A stretch of DNA of 60,018 nt, taken from positions 1 through 60,018 of IMG/VR virus record IMGVR_UViG_3300022538_000807. The stretch is one strand, 5' to 3'. This document shows, one piece after another, positions 19,593-29,195 of the stretch. The notes under the pieces are model-generated. The model saw only the letters and a list, made by a program, of their open reading frames with translations, was not told the DNA's origin and did no database searches. The DNA comes from a virus. Taxonomy: Duplodnaviria > Caudoviricetes. The position numbers and the translations under genes are program-made. Each line of letters opens with the position of its first letter. Within the stretch, counting starts at the first letter, position 1.

Positions 19593-20402
19593 TTATTTAC
19601 AAATTCTATCTAATATTTCATCTATTCTGTTTGATGCCCTATGATATTTCATGGTGAAATTAAGGCCTTCTTTAGCAATGGCATTGGCTTGGGCAGTATG
19701 TTCCAAAAAATACAATATCTTCTCTTGGAGCTCTTTAAGTCCTTGATCCGATAGTTCATAAAATATGCAATGCTTTCCATCAACAAGCGGGTGGATCATC
19801 GGGATATACATTTTATCAGCAAAAACAAACGCCCCATTTGCGAACGCTTCCCACATTCTATGGTCTCCCTCGTGCTTACCAGGATCACAGGTAACTACAA
19901 TTCTACTTCTTTTCAATAGCTTAAAATATTCCCTCATATCAGGAGCGTTAAACCTGCGCATTGTTCCCTTGTTGAATTCTCCAATTTGCTTTTTACCTTG
20001 AATGTCAATTTTCTTTACAAGCTCCAAAGCCCTCACCCTATTAAGATGCCGGCCATATGGTCTTATCGTACATGATAACACCACATCTCTTTCTGTGTCT
20101 TCGCTAATTATGAACTCATCCATAATTGCAAGGGTTAAAGGATAAAAATTAGGGGGTCGTGAAACAGGTCTTTTAATAACATAATTCCCCTTGCTTACCG
20201 CTTCTGTCCAGCTTCTTTTGAAATATGCTAAACACTTAACAGAGGCAACCCAATTGAATCTATCGTGATAATCAATAAAAACGGTTTTATTGGGAGGAAA
20301 TTGTCCAGTAGCAGTATAAAACAGAAAGACAAAATCACTCTCTTTCTCATTGTCAACAAGCTTAATCCTAGGATTGTTTACAAGTCCCTGTTTAATAAGC
20401 AA
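19593..20402 (-). CDS. GT-B glycosyltransferase (Glyco_trans_1_2-like C-terminus)
   Basis: YFKLLKRSRIVV...DHRMWEAFANGA...LVDGKHCIFY...ANAIAKEG; the frame extends upstream to about 20450. Confidence 0.75.
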   Translation of the reverse strand: MLIKQGLVNNPRIKLVDNEKESDFVFLFYTATGQFPPNKTVFIDYHDRFNWVASVKCLAYFKRSWTEAVSKGNYVIKRPVSRPPNFYPLTLAIMDEFIISEDTERDVVLSCTIRPYGRHLNRVRALELVKKIDIQGKKQIGEFNKGTMRRFNAPDMREYFKLLKRSRIVVTCDPGKHEGDHRMWEAFANGAFVFADKMYIPMIHPLVDGKHCIFYELSDQGLKELQEKILYFLEHTAQANAIAKEGLNFTMKYHRASNRIDEILDRICK

Positions 20403-20446
20403 ATATTCCCTTGTTGGTGAGTTGCTAGGAACATAATAAATTTTAA

Positions 20447-21115
20447 TTATTTTCTCTTTGCCCTCCCTTTATAATGAACCATGCAAGCATCTTCTATGTC
20501 TGTTGGATAAGCTCCGTAGATTCTTTTCTCTAATGGCAATATCTTATACCCATGAACTTCGTAAATTTGTCCCGAAATAATCTTGCAAGAATCCTCTTCT
20601 GGAAGCATTATTTGATTCAGAGAACTCTGTTTATTAAACCAACTTTGTTTCCACCCATCGATTTTCAAAGTTTCGGGAAAAAATCTAAAGTCAGGCTTTC
20701 CCCAAAGTTCGGCTTTGTTAATCCACTCAACCCAAAACCTCCGAATAATATCAGGTCTTTTATTATTAAGGGCAACTAACCCAGCATTATAATCTTGCCG
20801 CCCATTTTCATTACAATGCCTTCCTCGGTAACAAACGGCAACATCCCAATCGGCTTCAAAGATATTTGGTAAGGGTTTTTTTAGTTCATTGTCACAATCC
20901 AACACAATTATTGGCCTTGAGTTTATTGCTTTTATGATATAAGAATATAACAAACAAGCTGATACAGTAAAAAAATCTGCATTTTTTCCTGGAAAATTAA
21001 CCTTAATGAGCTGAAAATCGCCAGCATCAAATCTTTTTATGCTCTTTTCAAGTTCTTTGGCAAGAGTTAAATATGGTTCTCTAGGATTTGAAAAAGTAAG
21101 AAATAAAGGTCTCAT
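20447..21115 (-). CDS. GT-A fold nucleotide-diphospho-sugar transferase; paralog of 21112-21822
   Basis: VLDCD (DxD), YNAGLV, QSSLNQ, MVHYKG. Confidence 0.75.
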   Translation of the reverse strand: MRPLFLTFSNPREPYLTLAKELEKSIKRFDAGDFQLIKVNFPGKNADFFTVSACLLYSYIIKAINSRPIIVLDCDNELKKPLPNIFEADWDVAVCYRGRHCNENGRQDYNAGLVALNNKRPDIIRRFWVEWINKAELWGKPDFRFFPETLKIDGWKQSWFNKQSSLNQIMLPEEDSCKIISGQIYEVHGYKILPLEKRIYGAYPTDIEDACMVHYKGRAKRK

Positions 21116-21822
21116 GGCTTTCTTCTAATTCCTTTGCTTTTTCCTTTATATTGAATCATATAAGCATCATTTGAATCTTTTGGAAGGGCAGCATAAATCC
21201 TTCTTTCAAGTGGTAGTATTTTATAATCACAGGTTTCGTAAATCTCTCCAGGAACTATTTTATAAGAATCTTCTTCTGGATTCCCCCGATTGCTTTCTGG
21301 AAGAATTATCTGATTTAATGCACCCTGATCAGAAAACCAGGAGTCAAGCCACCCATCGTCTATTAGTACTTGGGGAGACGGCTTTTCGTTACATTGCCTC
21401 CAGAATGCAATCATATATGTCCATTCAATCCAAAACTTTTTAATAACAGTAGGCCTTCTATTGTTGAGGGCAACAAATCCAGAACCATAGTCATGTCTTC
21501 CACTGTCTCTTCTTTGTGCCCAGCGAAAAGCTACTGCTATATCCCAATCTGTTTCGAATAAACAATCAAGAGGCTTTATTAATACAGCATCGCAATCAGT
21601 CAATATTATGGGTCTTGTCATAATTGCCTTTGATACATGAGGATATAATAGGCCATTTGCTTCGGCAAAGAAATTCATATCATTGCCTGGGCCCTCAACA
21701 AAAACATGATGGAAATCGCCTGCATCCAGATTCTTGATCTGCCTTCTCAGCTCATGAGCCATTGTTAAATATGGCTCTGCTCCATTGGAATAAACCAAAA
21801 ATAAAGGCTTTATATTTCCCAT
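21112..21822 (-). CDS. GT-A fold nucleotide-diphospho-sugar transferase
   Basis: LTDCD (DxD), YGSGFV, SDQGALNQ, IQYKG. Confidence 0.75.
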   Translation of the reverse strand: MGNIKPLFLVYSNGAEPYLTMAHELRRQIKNLDAGDFHHVFVEGPGNDMNFFAEANGLLYPHVSKAIMTRPIILTDCDAVLIKPLDCLFETDWDIAVAFRWAQRRDSGRHDYGSGFVALNNRRPTVIKKFWIEWTYMIAFWRQCNEKPSPQVLIDDGWLDSWFSDQGALNQIILPESNRGNPEEDSYKIVPGEIYETCDYKILPLERRIYAALPKDSNDAYMIQYKGKSKGIRRKP

Positions 21823-22493
21823 TTATCGTATATCTTAAAATAATTATCCGCTGTTAATTCTTTAAGCTGCTGTTCAAATTCAGGCTTTAATACTCCATGA
21901 AATCGCTCGTTTAAATATAGCCCCCCAAGAACCTCTTTTGCTTTAGCATCCTCTATGTCTTTCATGTCCTGCGTAATATATTCGTGGCGTAATATTCCAA
22001 CGCCCCCTTCAATTGCATCTTTTGCTATCGAGTTCCATAGCGAAGCGTAATCTTCAACACACGCTTTTGTATTAATTCCACCATAGCGTATTGCATGCCT
22101 CTTGTGTCGTATTGTAAGAAGGACAACCATAATATGAACAGGATGTCGTATTAGACAAAAAACATTTTCTATCTTATTCTTTCTAAAAAACAGACCCATA
22201 AGCGATAGGCTTCCTGCCAAAACGGTATTCTTTGTTCCATCGGCATTAATGCGTTCAAGATAATCAACCATATTCTCTTCTATTGTTCTATCCAAATCCA
22301 ATGTATACCAATCATACGTCCTCTTTAAAAATCTTTCTCGTTGCTTCTCTGTCGGCTTGTCTGTAGATTTTATGTTTTTACAATAAATGCCATGTCGTGG
22401 ATAAAAAGCAAGATCGGGTCTTTTATGTGCAGGAAGGCATTTACGTAAATATGTTCCGCCTTGCCCCCCACATGCAACTATAATAATCCCCAT
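21810..22493 (-). CDS. Sulfotransferase-like P-loop protein (tentative)
   Basis: N-terminal IIVACGGQGGTYL, then FCLIRHP, YASLWN and LRHE, in the order of sulfotransferase PAPS-binding motifs but degenerate. Confidence 0.45.
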   Translation of the reverse strand: MGIIIVACGGQGGTYLRKCLPAHKRPDLAFYPRHGIYCKNIKSTDKPTEKQRERFLKRTYDWYTLDLDRTIEENMVDYLERINADGTKNTVLAGSLSLMGLFFRKNKIENVFCLIRHPVHIMVVLLTIRHKRHAIRYGGINTKACVEDYASLWNSIAKDAIEGGVGILRHEYITQDMKDIEDAKAKEVLGGLYLNERFHGVLKPEFEQQLKELTADNYFKIYDKWEI

Positions 22494-23122
22494 TATTTCT
22501 TCTCCAGGACTATAAAATTTCCTCTTTTCTCTTCTGATCCAGAATAAAATTCAATAATTTGATACTTGTTGGAATCAATTCTTTCTATCTGCCGGTTTAT
22601 CCAATCCTTTGCTTTTTTTCCACCTCGCAATCCGAAAATTAAAAGACAACTGTTTTTAAGGAGAGGATGAATATCTTCTAAAAATGAGTTAATAGGCCAA
22701 TGAAATCCCAATGCTAAGAAACTATAAACCAAATCAGGCCTGTAGCTTAGATCCTCCCATTTACATTTTTCAAGGTTAAATATCTCGACATTCTCCATTC
22801 CATTGGATCTACAAAATAGCCCTGTCACTTCTAGGGAATTATAAAAATCAGACTCACCTGTTCTTATTCCCGACAACTGTTTATCACCCGAATCCCCATC
22901 TGCTAGAACAAACAGGGTATCTTTCCAATTGAAATATTTAAAGAGAAAGACGCTTGCCCGTCCTATTCCTGAACCGACATCCAAGGCTATTTTAGGATTC
23001 AAATCTTTTAAATACCCTTCAATTCCTTCAATTTCTGATAATTGAAGAAAATCTTCTTTTTTATCATTACATTGAAGGTCAATATATTTCTGTACTTCTT
23101 CAGGAAAGCCTACCTCAATCAT
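22493..23122 (-). CDS. Class I SAM-dependent methyltransferase
   Basis: IALDVGSGIGR motif I; DLVYSFLALGFHWP. Confidence 0.8.
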   Translation of the reverse strand: MIEVGFPEEVQKYIDLQCNDKKEDFLQLSEIEGIEGYLKDLNPKIALDVGSGIGRASVFLFKYFNWKDTLFVLADGDSGDKQLSGIRTGESDFYNSLEVTGLFCRSNGMENVEIFNLEKCKWEDLSYRPDLVYSFLALGFHWPINSFLEDIHPLLKNSCLLIFGLRGGKKAKDWINRQIERIDSNKYQIIEFYSGSEEKRGNFIVLEKK

Positions 23123-23874
23123 CTTGTCCTTGCCCTCTCTAATCGCTTTTCTCTCAAAAGTATTCTATGCTCTCGCCTAATCCGCCTTTTTTCTTCAGGA
23201 GAAAACACCTGGTCTTTTGTTATATTGTGAATATGAGAAACAAAACAGTTAAGCGCAACTGCTGATTTATAGCCCGAGTGCCTTACCCTTTCATTATAAT
23301 CATCGTCATTTCCCCAGCAGGTAAGCCTTTCATCAAGCATTCCTACTTTATCAACCATTTCTCTACGCAACACCGCACAAAACATTGAAACATTATCATT
23401 GCAATAAACAAACCTTGAGGGAAGCTTATTTATCATATCATATCGCATATCTGGTCCTAGTAATTTATGTACGGGTATCATATAAGAAGCCCTCGGACAG
23501 TTAGAACCGATATTGTCAGTCAGTGGAGAAATCAAACCAATTTCAGGCTGCTCCTCCATTATTGCGATGAGTTTTGTTAACCACTTTTTAGTTACAAAAA
23601 CATCATTGCTCAGGGTTACCACATACTTGGAATCAGAAAGCTCTATCCCTTTATTCGTACCCCTTGCATAATACTGGTTTTCTTCAAACCGAAACACTAC
23701 GGAATCTTCAAAAGTCTTAACATATTTTTTTACCGTCTCATAATTCTCTTTCTTTGAACCATTGTCCACCCAGATTATTCGATAGGGCATGCGTGTTTTG
23801 TCCTTTACTGTTCTTAGACAATTTAATGTCATAATAGGAAAATTCCATCCCAAAATAGTGATGTCTATTCTCAT
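23119..23874 (-). CDS. GT2 glycosyltransferase
   Basis: IIWVDNGS, YARGTNKG, LSND, VGMLDE, NDDDY. Confidence 0.9.
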   Translation of the reverse strand: MRIDITILGWNFPIMTLNCLRTVKDKTRMPYRIIWVDNGSKKENYETVKKYVKTFEDSVVFRFEENQYYARGTNKGIELSDSKYVVTLSNDVFVTKKWLTKLIAIMEEQPEIGLISPLTDNIGSNCPRASYMIPVHKLLGPDMRYDMINKLPSRFVYCNDNVSMFCAVLRREMVDKVGMLDERLTCWGNDDDYNERVRHSGYKSAVALNCFVSHIHNITKDQVFSPEEKRRIRREHRILLREKRLERARTR

Positions 23875-24635
23875 ATTTTATAAACTTTTCCAATTCCAAA
23901 ATCCACAAGTGCCTTTGTGATAATCTCCTTGTCTATGATTTTTTCCCCTCTCCATCGGATAGTACTACCTTTTTTTATATCGCTAATATTTTGAATATGC
24001 CTGATATGACAAACTTTATATCCTATAATCTCTTTTGTTGTGGACAAATTTGCACTGGCAAAACGATGATTCACATAATGCTGTTCAATAAAATCCCCCC
24101 ATTTCTTATAGATAGAACGAGGAAAAACATGGGTGAAAAAGGGCGAAGATTGTGCACGTACATGATATATAATATAATGCCTTAGAGTATCCCAAATAAT
24201 ATACTGTTTTATTATTAACTCGCTTCTTTTATCATCAATAAAAACAGAGTCTTTAATCTCCGCCATCAGGTCTTTATGGAAAAGGTCGTCTGAATCAATC
24301 CTTGTTATTGCAACGTGTTCAGTGTCTATTGTGTCATATCCAGCTACCATTGATGCTGGTCGCATTCGCTTGGGATTGGTTAGCCTGTCCTCCCCCTGCA
24401 CATGATAAACTTCCACCTTCGGATGCCAGGGCAAACTTTCCGTTATCGCCTTATGTCTATTTCCACAAATTGCGAATATTCTAAAATCCTGAAAGCTTTG
24501 ATTTAATAAACTAGGTAATGTGTATTTCTTAAAAATCCTAAAACGCTGCTTAATCCATTCAGGATTCAACTGGGCTTCCCCAGGTGGTCTATCAAAACTA
24601 AAAAATATCTCTACTATGTGAGTTATGTCGCTCAT
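23871..24635 (-). CDS. Putative rhamnosyltransferase-like GT-A protein
   Basis: RFRIFKKYTLPSLLNQSFQDF and TRIDSDD motifs. Confidence 0.75.
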   Translation of the reverse strand: MSDITHIVEIFFSFDRPPGEAQLNPEWIKQRFRIFKKYTLPSLLNQSFQDFRIFAICGNRHKAITESLPWHPKVEVYHVQGEDRLTNPKRMRPASMVAGYDTIDTEHVAITRIDSDDLFHKDLMAEIKDSVFIDDKRSELIIKQYIIWDTLRHYIIYHVRAQSSPFFTHVFPRSIYKKWGDFIEQHYVNHRFASANLSTTKEIIGYKVCHIRHIQNISDIKKGSTIRWRGEKIIDKEIITKALVDFGIGKVYKI

Positions 24636-25060
24636 TTCTTAAATACTTTCGATATCTCCTTGACTACTTCACCCTCATTTTTATGATAGGCTGGAAACAG
24701 ATATGGCTTTGCTGACATTTTGCGAGTTCCAAATTCTTGATATGGAGCATATTTCACATTAGTGCCAACTACTACAGCCAATCCTTTTGGACCCCCGGGC
24801 TGCCCTACGCCATCACCCGATTTAGCCTGTCCTCCTGTTTTGCCTTCTGGCAGTCCACTTCCCGACCAGTTGGTTGAAATCGAACCTCTAAGCCTTGATG
24901 TATCCACTGGAGACTTCCTTTTAGCATCTGCCTCAATTTTAAGCCCTACTGTCTTTAGAATATCACTACACGCCTCTTTTTTAATAACCTGATAATTCTT
25001 CAGCTTGGCAATCGCTTCCTGTACGCCTGTGACCTTTATGGTTATTCTATCTTTAGCCAT
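24632..25060 (-). CDS. HK97 gp10-like neck/tail protein
   Basis: AKRKSPVDTSRLRGSI...VGTNVKYAPYQEFGTRKMSAKPYLFPA. Confidence 0.9.
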   Translation of the reverse strand: MAKDRITIKVTGVQEAIAKLKNYQVIKKEACSDILKTVGLKIEADAKRKSPVDTSRLRGSISTNWSGSGLPEGKTGGQAKSGDGVGQPGGPKGLAVVVGTNVKYAPYQEFGTRKMSAKPYLFPAYHKNEGEVVKEISKVFKK

Positions 25061-25230
25061 TATTTGTTAATAATTCCCGTAGTTTGCGTATAAATTTTAC
25101 TATGGAAAACTCTTTTTCGTGCATTTCTTTAATACATAAATCACATTGGGCATAATTTATATTTGGAAAATTATCAGGATATAATTTAGATTCCCCACAA
25201 TATGCACATATTATTTTTCTTCCTATTAGA

Positions 25231-25590
25231 TTATTCATTTCTCCCCACTTCTAGCACAGCCAGTTTCATATAATTCCTATCCTCATCCCAATCCTGTATG
25301 AGCTTAACCTCAAATTCCCTGCCATCATCGGTTTTTATAAGCCTATTGCCCTCTTTTATTGCAGAAAGATACATGAGATAAACATATTGATTGGCAAAAA
25401 CGGTTGTTTTATTATATGCAATAATTTCCTCTCGCTTAGGAAGAGCATTAAATCTACAGGTAATATTGAAATAAATGGTTGTCCAGACGCTTGTAAAACT
25501 TCCTGCACCATCAGCGGTAAGCGTCTCTTGTACAATATTCACCTTTGTAATATTGCCTTTACCTGTAGTTAACATAGATTCAATGCTCAT
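25231..25590 (-). CDS. Head-closure (stopper) protein
   Basis: TADGAGSFTSVWTT...IKEGNRL...FEVK; lies between adaptor and gp10-like gene. Confidence 0.8.
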   Translation of the reverse strand: MSIESMLTTGKGNITKVNIVQETLTADGAGSFTSVWTTIYFNITCRFNALPKREEIIAYNKTTVFANQYVYLMYLSAIKEGNRLIKTDDGREFEVKLIQDWDEDRNYMKLAVLEVGRNE

Positions 25591-25980
25591 TATTCCTCAC
25601 CCCTAAAATCCATTATCGTTGTTGCCTGTTGTTCTTTTTTCTCCATTTCCTGCAATTGCTTCTGTAGCCAAGTGATGCTTAGTTTTAAATCTTCACGTTG
25701 GGAAACATAGAGGTATTTTGCCTCGTCTTTTCCTCTGTATTCAAAGAGTATCATATTTAATGCTTTGCTTTAATAAGCCCTTAATCTTTTTTTGTATTCT
25801 TTCGATGTTGCCCAAATATGAACATTAAACATCCGATTGAAAATAGTTAATTCTATCCAACATCCTGTAATTTTTTTCTCATCTGGATATGAAGAAGCAC
25901 TGAATTCAAACCATACAAAATATGGCTTGTTCAAACGTTTCCGATTAAAAGTGTTAAATTTTATATTCATTTAAACCCCC

Positions 25981-27141
25981 TTAAAGTAATCGCCTCTTAA
26001 ATAAATCAAGTCCATTCTGAAGTTCAATCGGCATTAAGGCTTTGACTGCAATAAGGTCTCCCATGTTAAATTTCTCATAAGAATAATCACCAAGGGTTTC
26101 CGACATAAGATCACCGGTATCCGCCCTCTTAGATTTGCCATACATATAACAAACCAGTTCAATGCAGAATTGCATTAAAGCATAGGGTGCACTTCCTGAA
26201 GCATATCCGGCTGAATATGAAACAAAAACATTCCTGAATCCAGCAGAAAAACTTGGTGTCCATTCGATTGTTCCGTTATCCAAATCAACATCATAATCCG
26301 CAATCGGATCGCTTGGAATTTCAAGATAATTATCAGCGTTTAAACACTGAATATTAGGTTGGGTGAATAATGCAGCCGAAGGATAGGGATTGTAAAGGCT
26401 ATTCGCAATCGAAGCACTCCATCCCAAACCTATGCCGTTTATAACACCTACAAGTTTGGTAAGCGTTTCGGCTGTACCAGTGACTACGGTGGTATCAATT
26501 GGTCCATCCCAAGTTCCGTCACGATAAAGATTGATTGATGCCCCCTGTGTTACTATCACATAGGCATTTCTGATAGCAGCAGATGTGCATTTTATTCTAA
26601 TAGCACCTATTGTACTTGTGTTAACTTCTATTACTTCTTCTAAGGGATAATTTTCAAGGAAAAGTTTATTGCCTTCGCCATTATACCGTTCATGGGTATA
26701 TGTGGCGTATATAAAATGTCTATGACAATAGCGGTTAATCAAATCCGATGCCCTATTAATAAGTTCTGCGATAAGATATCTGTCAAGGATGCGTAAGGTT
26801 TGCCTGTTGCCTGATCCTAAACAAGGAAGTTGTCCCGTCTCTTCAAGGTCAACCGTCAAAGCATTTGAATGATAAAGCCTTCCAGCCTCCCATCCTGCCA
26901 CGCTTGCATTTATATAATCCACCAATTCAGCAAGGGTATCATAGGCAGCAAGGGATAAATCCAGATTCGCATCTGTAACGGCATCGTGGATTAGAATAAG
27001 CCAGTCATTCTCAACTTGTACTGTAGCAGTAGCGCCTGCCCCAGAACGATAAACCCAAAAAGCAGACCTATAAGCATTCTCTCCAAGAAATGCTATGATA
27101 TCATCTACCGAAGCTAAAGCTATAGCTGCATCTAATGCCAT
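25981..27141 (-). CDS. Head-tail adaptor (gp6-like) with inserted domains
   Basis: LINRASDLINRYCHR...LFLENYP...VFVSYSAGY...SETLGDYSY; enlarged to 386 aa. Confidence 0.8.
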   Translation of the reverse strand: MALDAAIALASVDDIIAFLGENAYRSAFWVYRSGAGATATVQVENDWLILIHDAVTDANLDLSLAAYDTLAELVDYINASVAGWEAGRLYHSNALTVDLEETGQLPCLGSGNRQTLRILDRYLIAELINRASDLINRYCHRHFIYATYTHERYNGEGNKLFLENYPLEEVIEVNTSTIGAIRIKCTSAAIRNAYVIVTQGASINLYRDGTWDGPIDTTVVTGTAETLTKLVGVINGIGLGWSASIANSLYNPYPSAALFTQPNIQCLNADNYLEIPSDPIADYDVDLDNGTIEWTPSFSAGFRNVFVSYSAGYASGSAPYALMQFCIELVCYMYGKSKRADTGDLMSETLGDYSYEKFNMGDLIAVKALMPIELQNGLDLFKRRLL

Positions 27142-27242
27142 TTTCTCCCCCTTTTGTTAATAAAGGCTAAATTATCCTGATGTGAGGCTCAAATAGCCTC
27201 GTAGACGCAAAAAGTCACCTTAATGAATACCCAAGTAAGGGC

Positions 27243-27422
27243 TTATTTAGCCTTATCTGCCATTTCCACCATTTTATTCTCTGGTGGTTTTTCAAATAGC
27301 TTTGCTACCCCTTGTTCTATCCACTTTTGGGCAATATGTTCATAGGTATCGAATGTTTTGCCCTTCTTGTGGCAACAGCCGAAGTTTTTAAGAAATACTA
27401 CTTTTACCATAGTGCGATTCAT
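27243..27422 (-). CDS. 59-aa head-region small protein
   Basis: Hand translation MNRTMVKVVFLKNFGCCHKKGKTFDTYEHIAQKWIEQGVAKLFEKPPENKMVEMADKAK; resembles small proteins upstream of HK97-type adaptors. Confidence 0.6.
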   Translation of the reverse strand: MNRTMVKVVFLKNFGCCHKKGKTFDTYEHIAQKWIEQGVAKLFEKPPENKMVEMADKAK

Positions 27423-28594
27423 TTCTTTAACCTATCCTCAAATATTTTTAATGCTGGAATCCAATATTTATCCCATACTACATTCCAATCATATTCCAGA
27501 ACACTTTCTCTAGCATCTTTCTTTAGGCTTTTCCAATCGCCATGTTTCCAAAAGTTATAAGCTACTGCCAAACACTTCAAGATATTTGACACTCGTGGTT
27601 CTTCTCTCCATGTTCCAGTCGGCAACCAACGCAGGTCATCATCATCCACATCAATTAACCACCCTGATTTGCATAGTTCAGAACCGGTAGTGGTATCTGT
27701 GGTTATTGTTGGTATGCCACAGCTTTGTGCTTCAACTATGGGCATTCCAAATCCTTCGCCTTTTGTTGCCAGGCAAAACACATCAAATCCGTTATAGGTA
27801 TTACTTAACCAATTCTCATCTAGCCTATTAAAATCATAATATTGTTGATTTGGATAAGTTACATAATCAACAATCTCCAAATCTTCACCTATTCGAGCAT
27901 AGTCAATTGAGGAATCTCTTAGTCCTGGTGCGTGGGTATGAAGATATAACCTTGCCTCTGGATGTTGTTTGTGGAATTCTTTAAATGCCCGCATTAGAGG
28001 AATAAACCCCTTTCTATCATCACTATAGTTGAGCCCTACAGAACCAATGATAAAAAGATTCTCATCTTCCCAGTCAACGCTTTTCCTGAAGGCTTTTCGC
28101 CCCTCTGTAGATGGCTTAAAGACTTCCGTATTAATTCCTAGTGGGATATACAGCGGATCAAGTCCGATGGACTTCAGTTCTCTTGCGCCATGTTTAGACA
28201 TTGCAATTCGAATACCAGGACCTTTATTCTCTTCAATATTAGAATCTTTACCTAAAATAAGACTAGCATAGTGAGTTGCTATCCATTCTGTATCTATAGG
28301 AAGATAGGCAATCCATTTTTCATGTGGAAAATGACGCTTTTCTGCTAACAACCAAACATCCCAGAATGTAAAGATATAATCAAAATTCTCCTCTTTTATC
28401 ATCGCACAGAGATGTTTGAGGTTAAGTCCCTCAAAAATCTCAATACCTTCCCACTTGTGCCAACCACTATGAACATGCTTAGTGGCAATTCTTACAAAGT
28501 GTCCTGCTTTAACAAGCCTTCGCACAAGCTCCTTGGTAACAATCCCATAAGCCGAATTGCATATGGGGGTGGAACTATTCCAGAGGATTCGCAT
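27419..28594 (-). CDS. GT4-family glycosyltransferase
   Basis: MRILWNS...SAYG...IPLGINT...EGFGMPIVEAQSCGIP...YDW. Confidence 0.9.
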   Translation of the reverse strand: MRILWNSSTPICNSAYGIVTKELVRRLVKAGHFVRIATKHVHSGWHKWEGIEIFEGLNLKHLCAMIKEENFDYIFTFWDVWLLAEKRHFPHEKWIAYLPIDTEWIATHYASLILGKDSNIEENKGPGIRIAMSKHGARELKSIGLDPLYIPLGINTEVFKPSTEGRKAFRKSVDWEDENLFIIGSVGLNYSDDRKGFIPLMRAFKEFHKQHPEARLYLHTHAPGLRDSSIDYARIGEDLEIVDYVTYPNQQYYDFNRLDENWLSNTYNGFDVFCLATKGEGFGMPIVEAQSCGIPTITTDTTTGSELCKSGWLIDVDDDDLRWLPTGTWREEPRVSNILKCLAVAYNFWKHGDWKSLKKDARESVLEYDWNVVWDKYWIPALKIFEDRLKK

Positions 28595-28606
28595 ATAGCC
28601 TCCTAA

Positions 28607-28816
28607 TTAAAAGTATGAGTACGTTGCTCTGTTATCCCATACTTTATCGAATTTATTGTCAGCACCAGCCCATTGTTCAGCGACAATAAGGCCTCCTGAA
28701 TATATGAGCTTTTTTATCTTCCACATTGCAGTTGCGTTTTTCGTACCCGGCAATGCCCATCCTTCATATATGGGATCATTACCAAAGTAATCTATGTTAT
28801 GTGTTAGTTTGGCCAT
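28607..28816 (-). CDS. Small virion-associated beta protein (possible head-fibre docking factor)
   Basis: YEGWALPGT...WKIKKL...WAG...FDKVWDNRATYSY resembles small phage proteins encoded beside NPFTG-motif fibre genes; no signal peptide. Confidence 0.55.
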   Translation of the reverse strand: MAKLTHNIDYFGNDPIYEGWALPGTKNATAMWKIKKLIYSGGLIVAEQWAGADNKFDKVWDNRATYSYF

Positions 28817-28846
28817 TTTTATTCCTCCTTTCTTTCAATATTATTC

Positions 28847-29179
28847 TTAATTCACATATCCGTTATCTATTAGCCACTGTTTCAATTCAGTCAGCTTTGT
28901 TATCCTTACCTGTACCCATTGTACGGAATAGTCAGGATGAATATTTAAAATCTTGATAAGCTCATTTCTTCTATTTACATCGTCAATTATCTCTGCCTTT
29001 TCTGACTCTATGCTTACAATGGTGTTATAAAGTTGCTGTATTTGCATTTCGCCACTTTCAAGTGCCCCGATAATCACCCTGAAGTCTCGCCAAGCTTCTT
29101 TATTCGCTTCCTGTGCCAAAAGAAATATTGACATCGAAAGAATCAATGCAATCCCGATAAATATTAATGTCTTTTTCAT
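28847..29179 (-). CDS. Signal-peptide-bearing paralog of 7232-7492
   Basis: MKKTLIFIGIALILSMSIFLLA-QEA, then about 48/85 ungapped identities (hand count) to 7232-7492. Confidence 0.75.
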   Translation of the reverse strand: MKKTLIFIGIALILSMSIFLLAQEANKEAWRDFRVIIGALESGEMQIQQLYNTIVSIESEKAEIIDDVNRRNELIKILNIHPDYSVQWVQVRITKLTELKQWLIDNGYVN

Positions 29180-29195
29180 ATTGCCTCCTATTATA

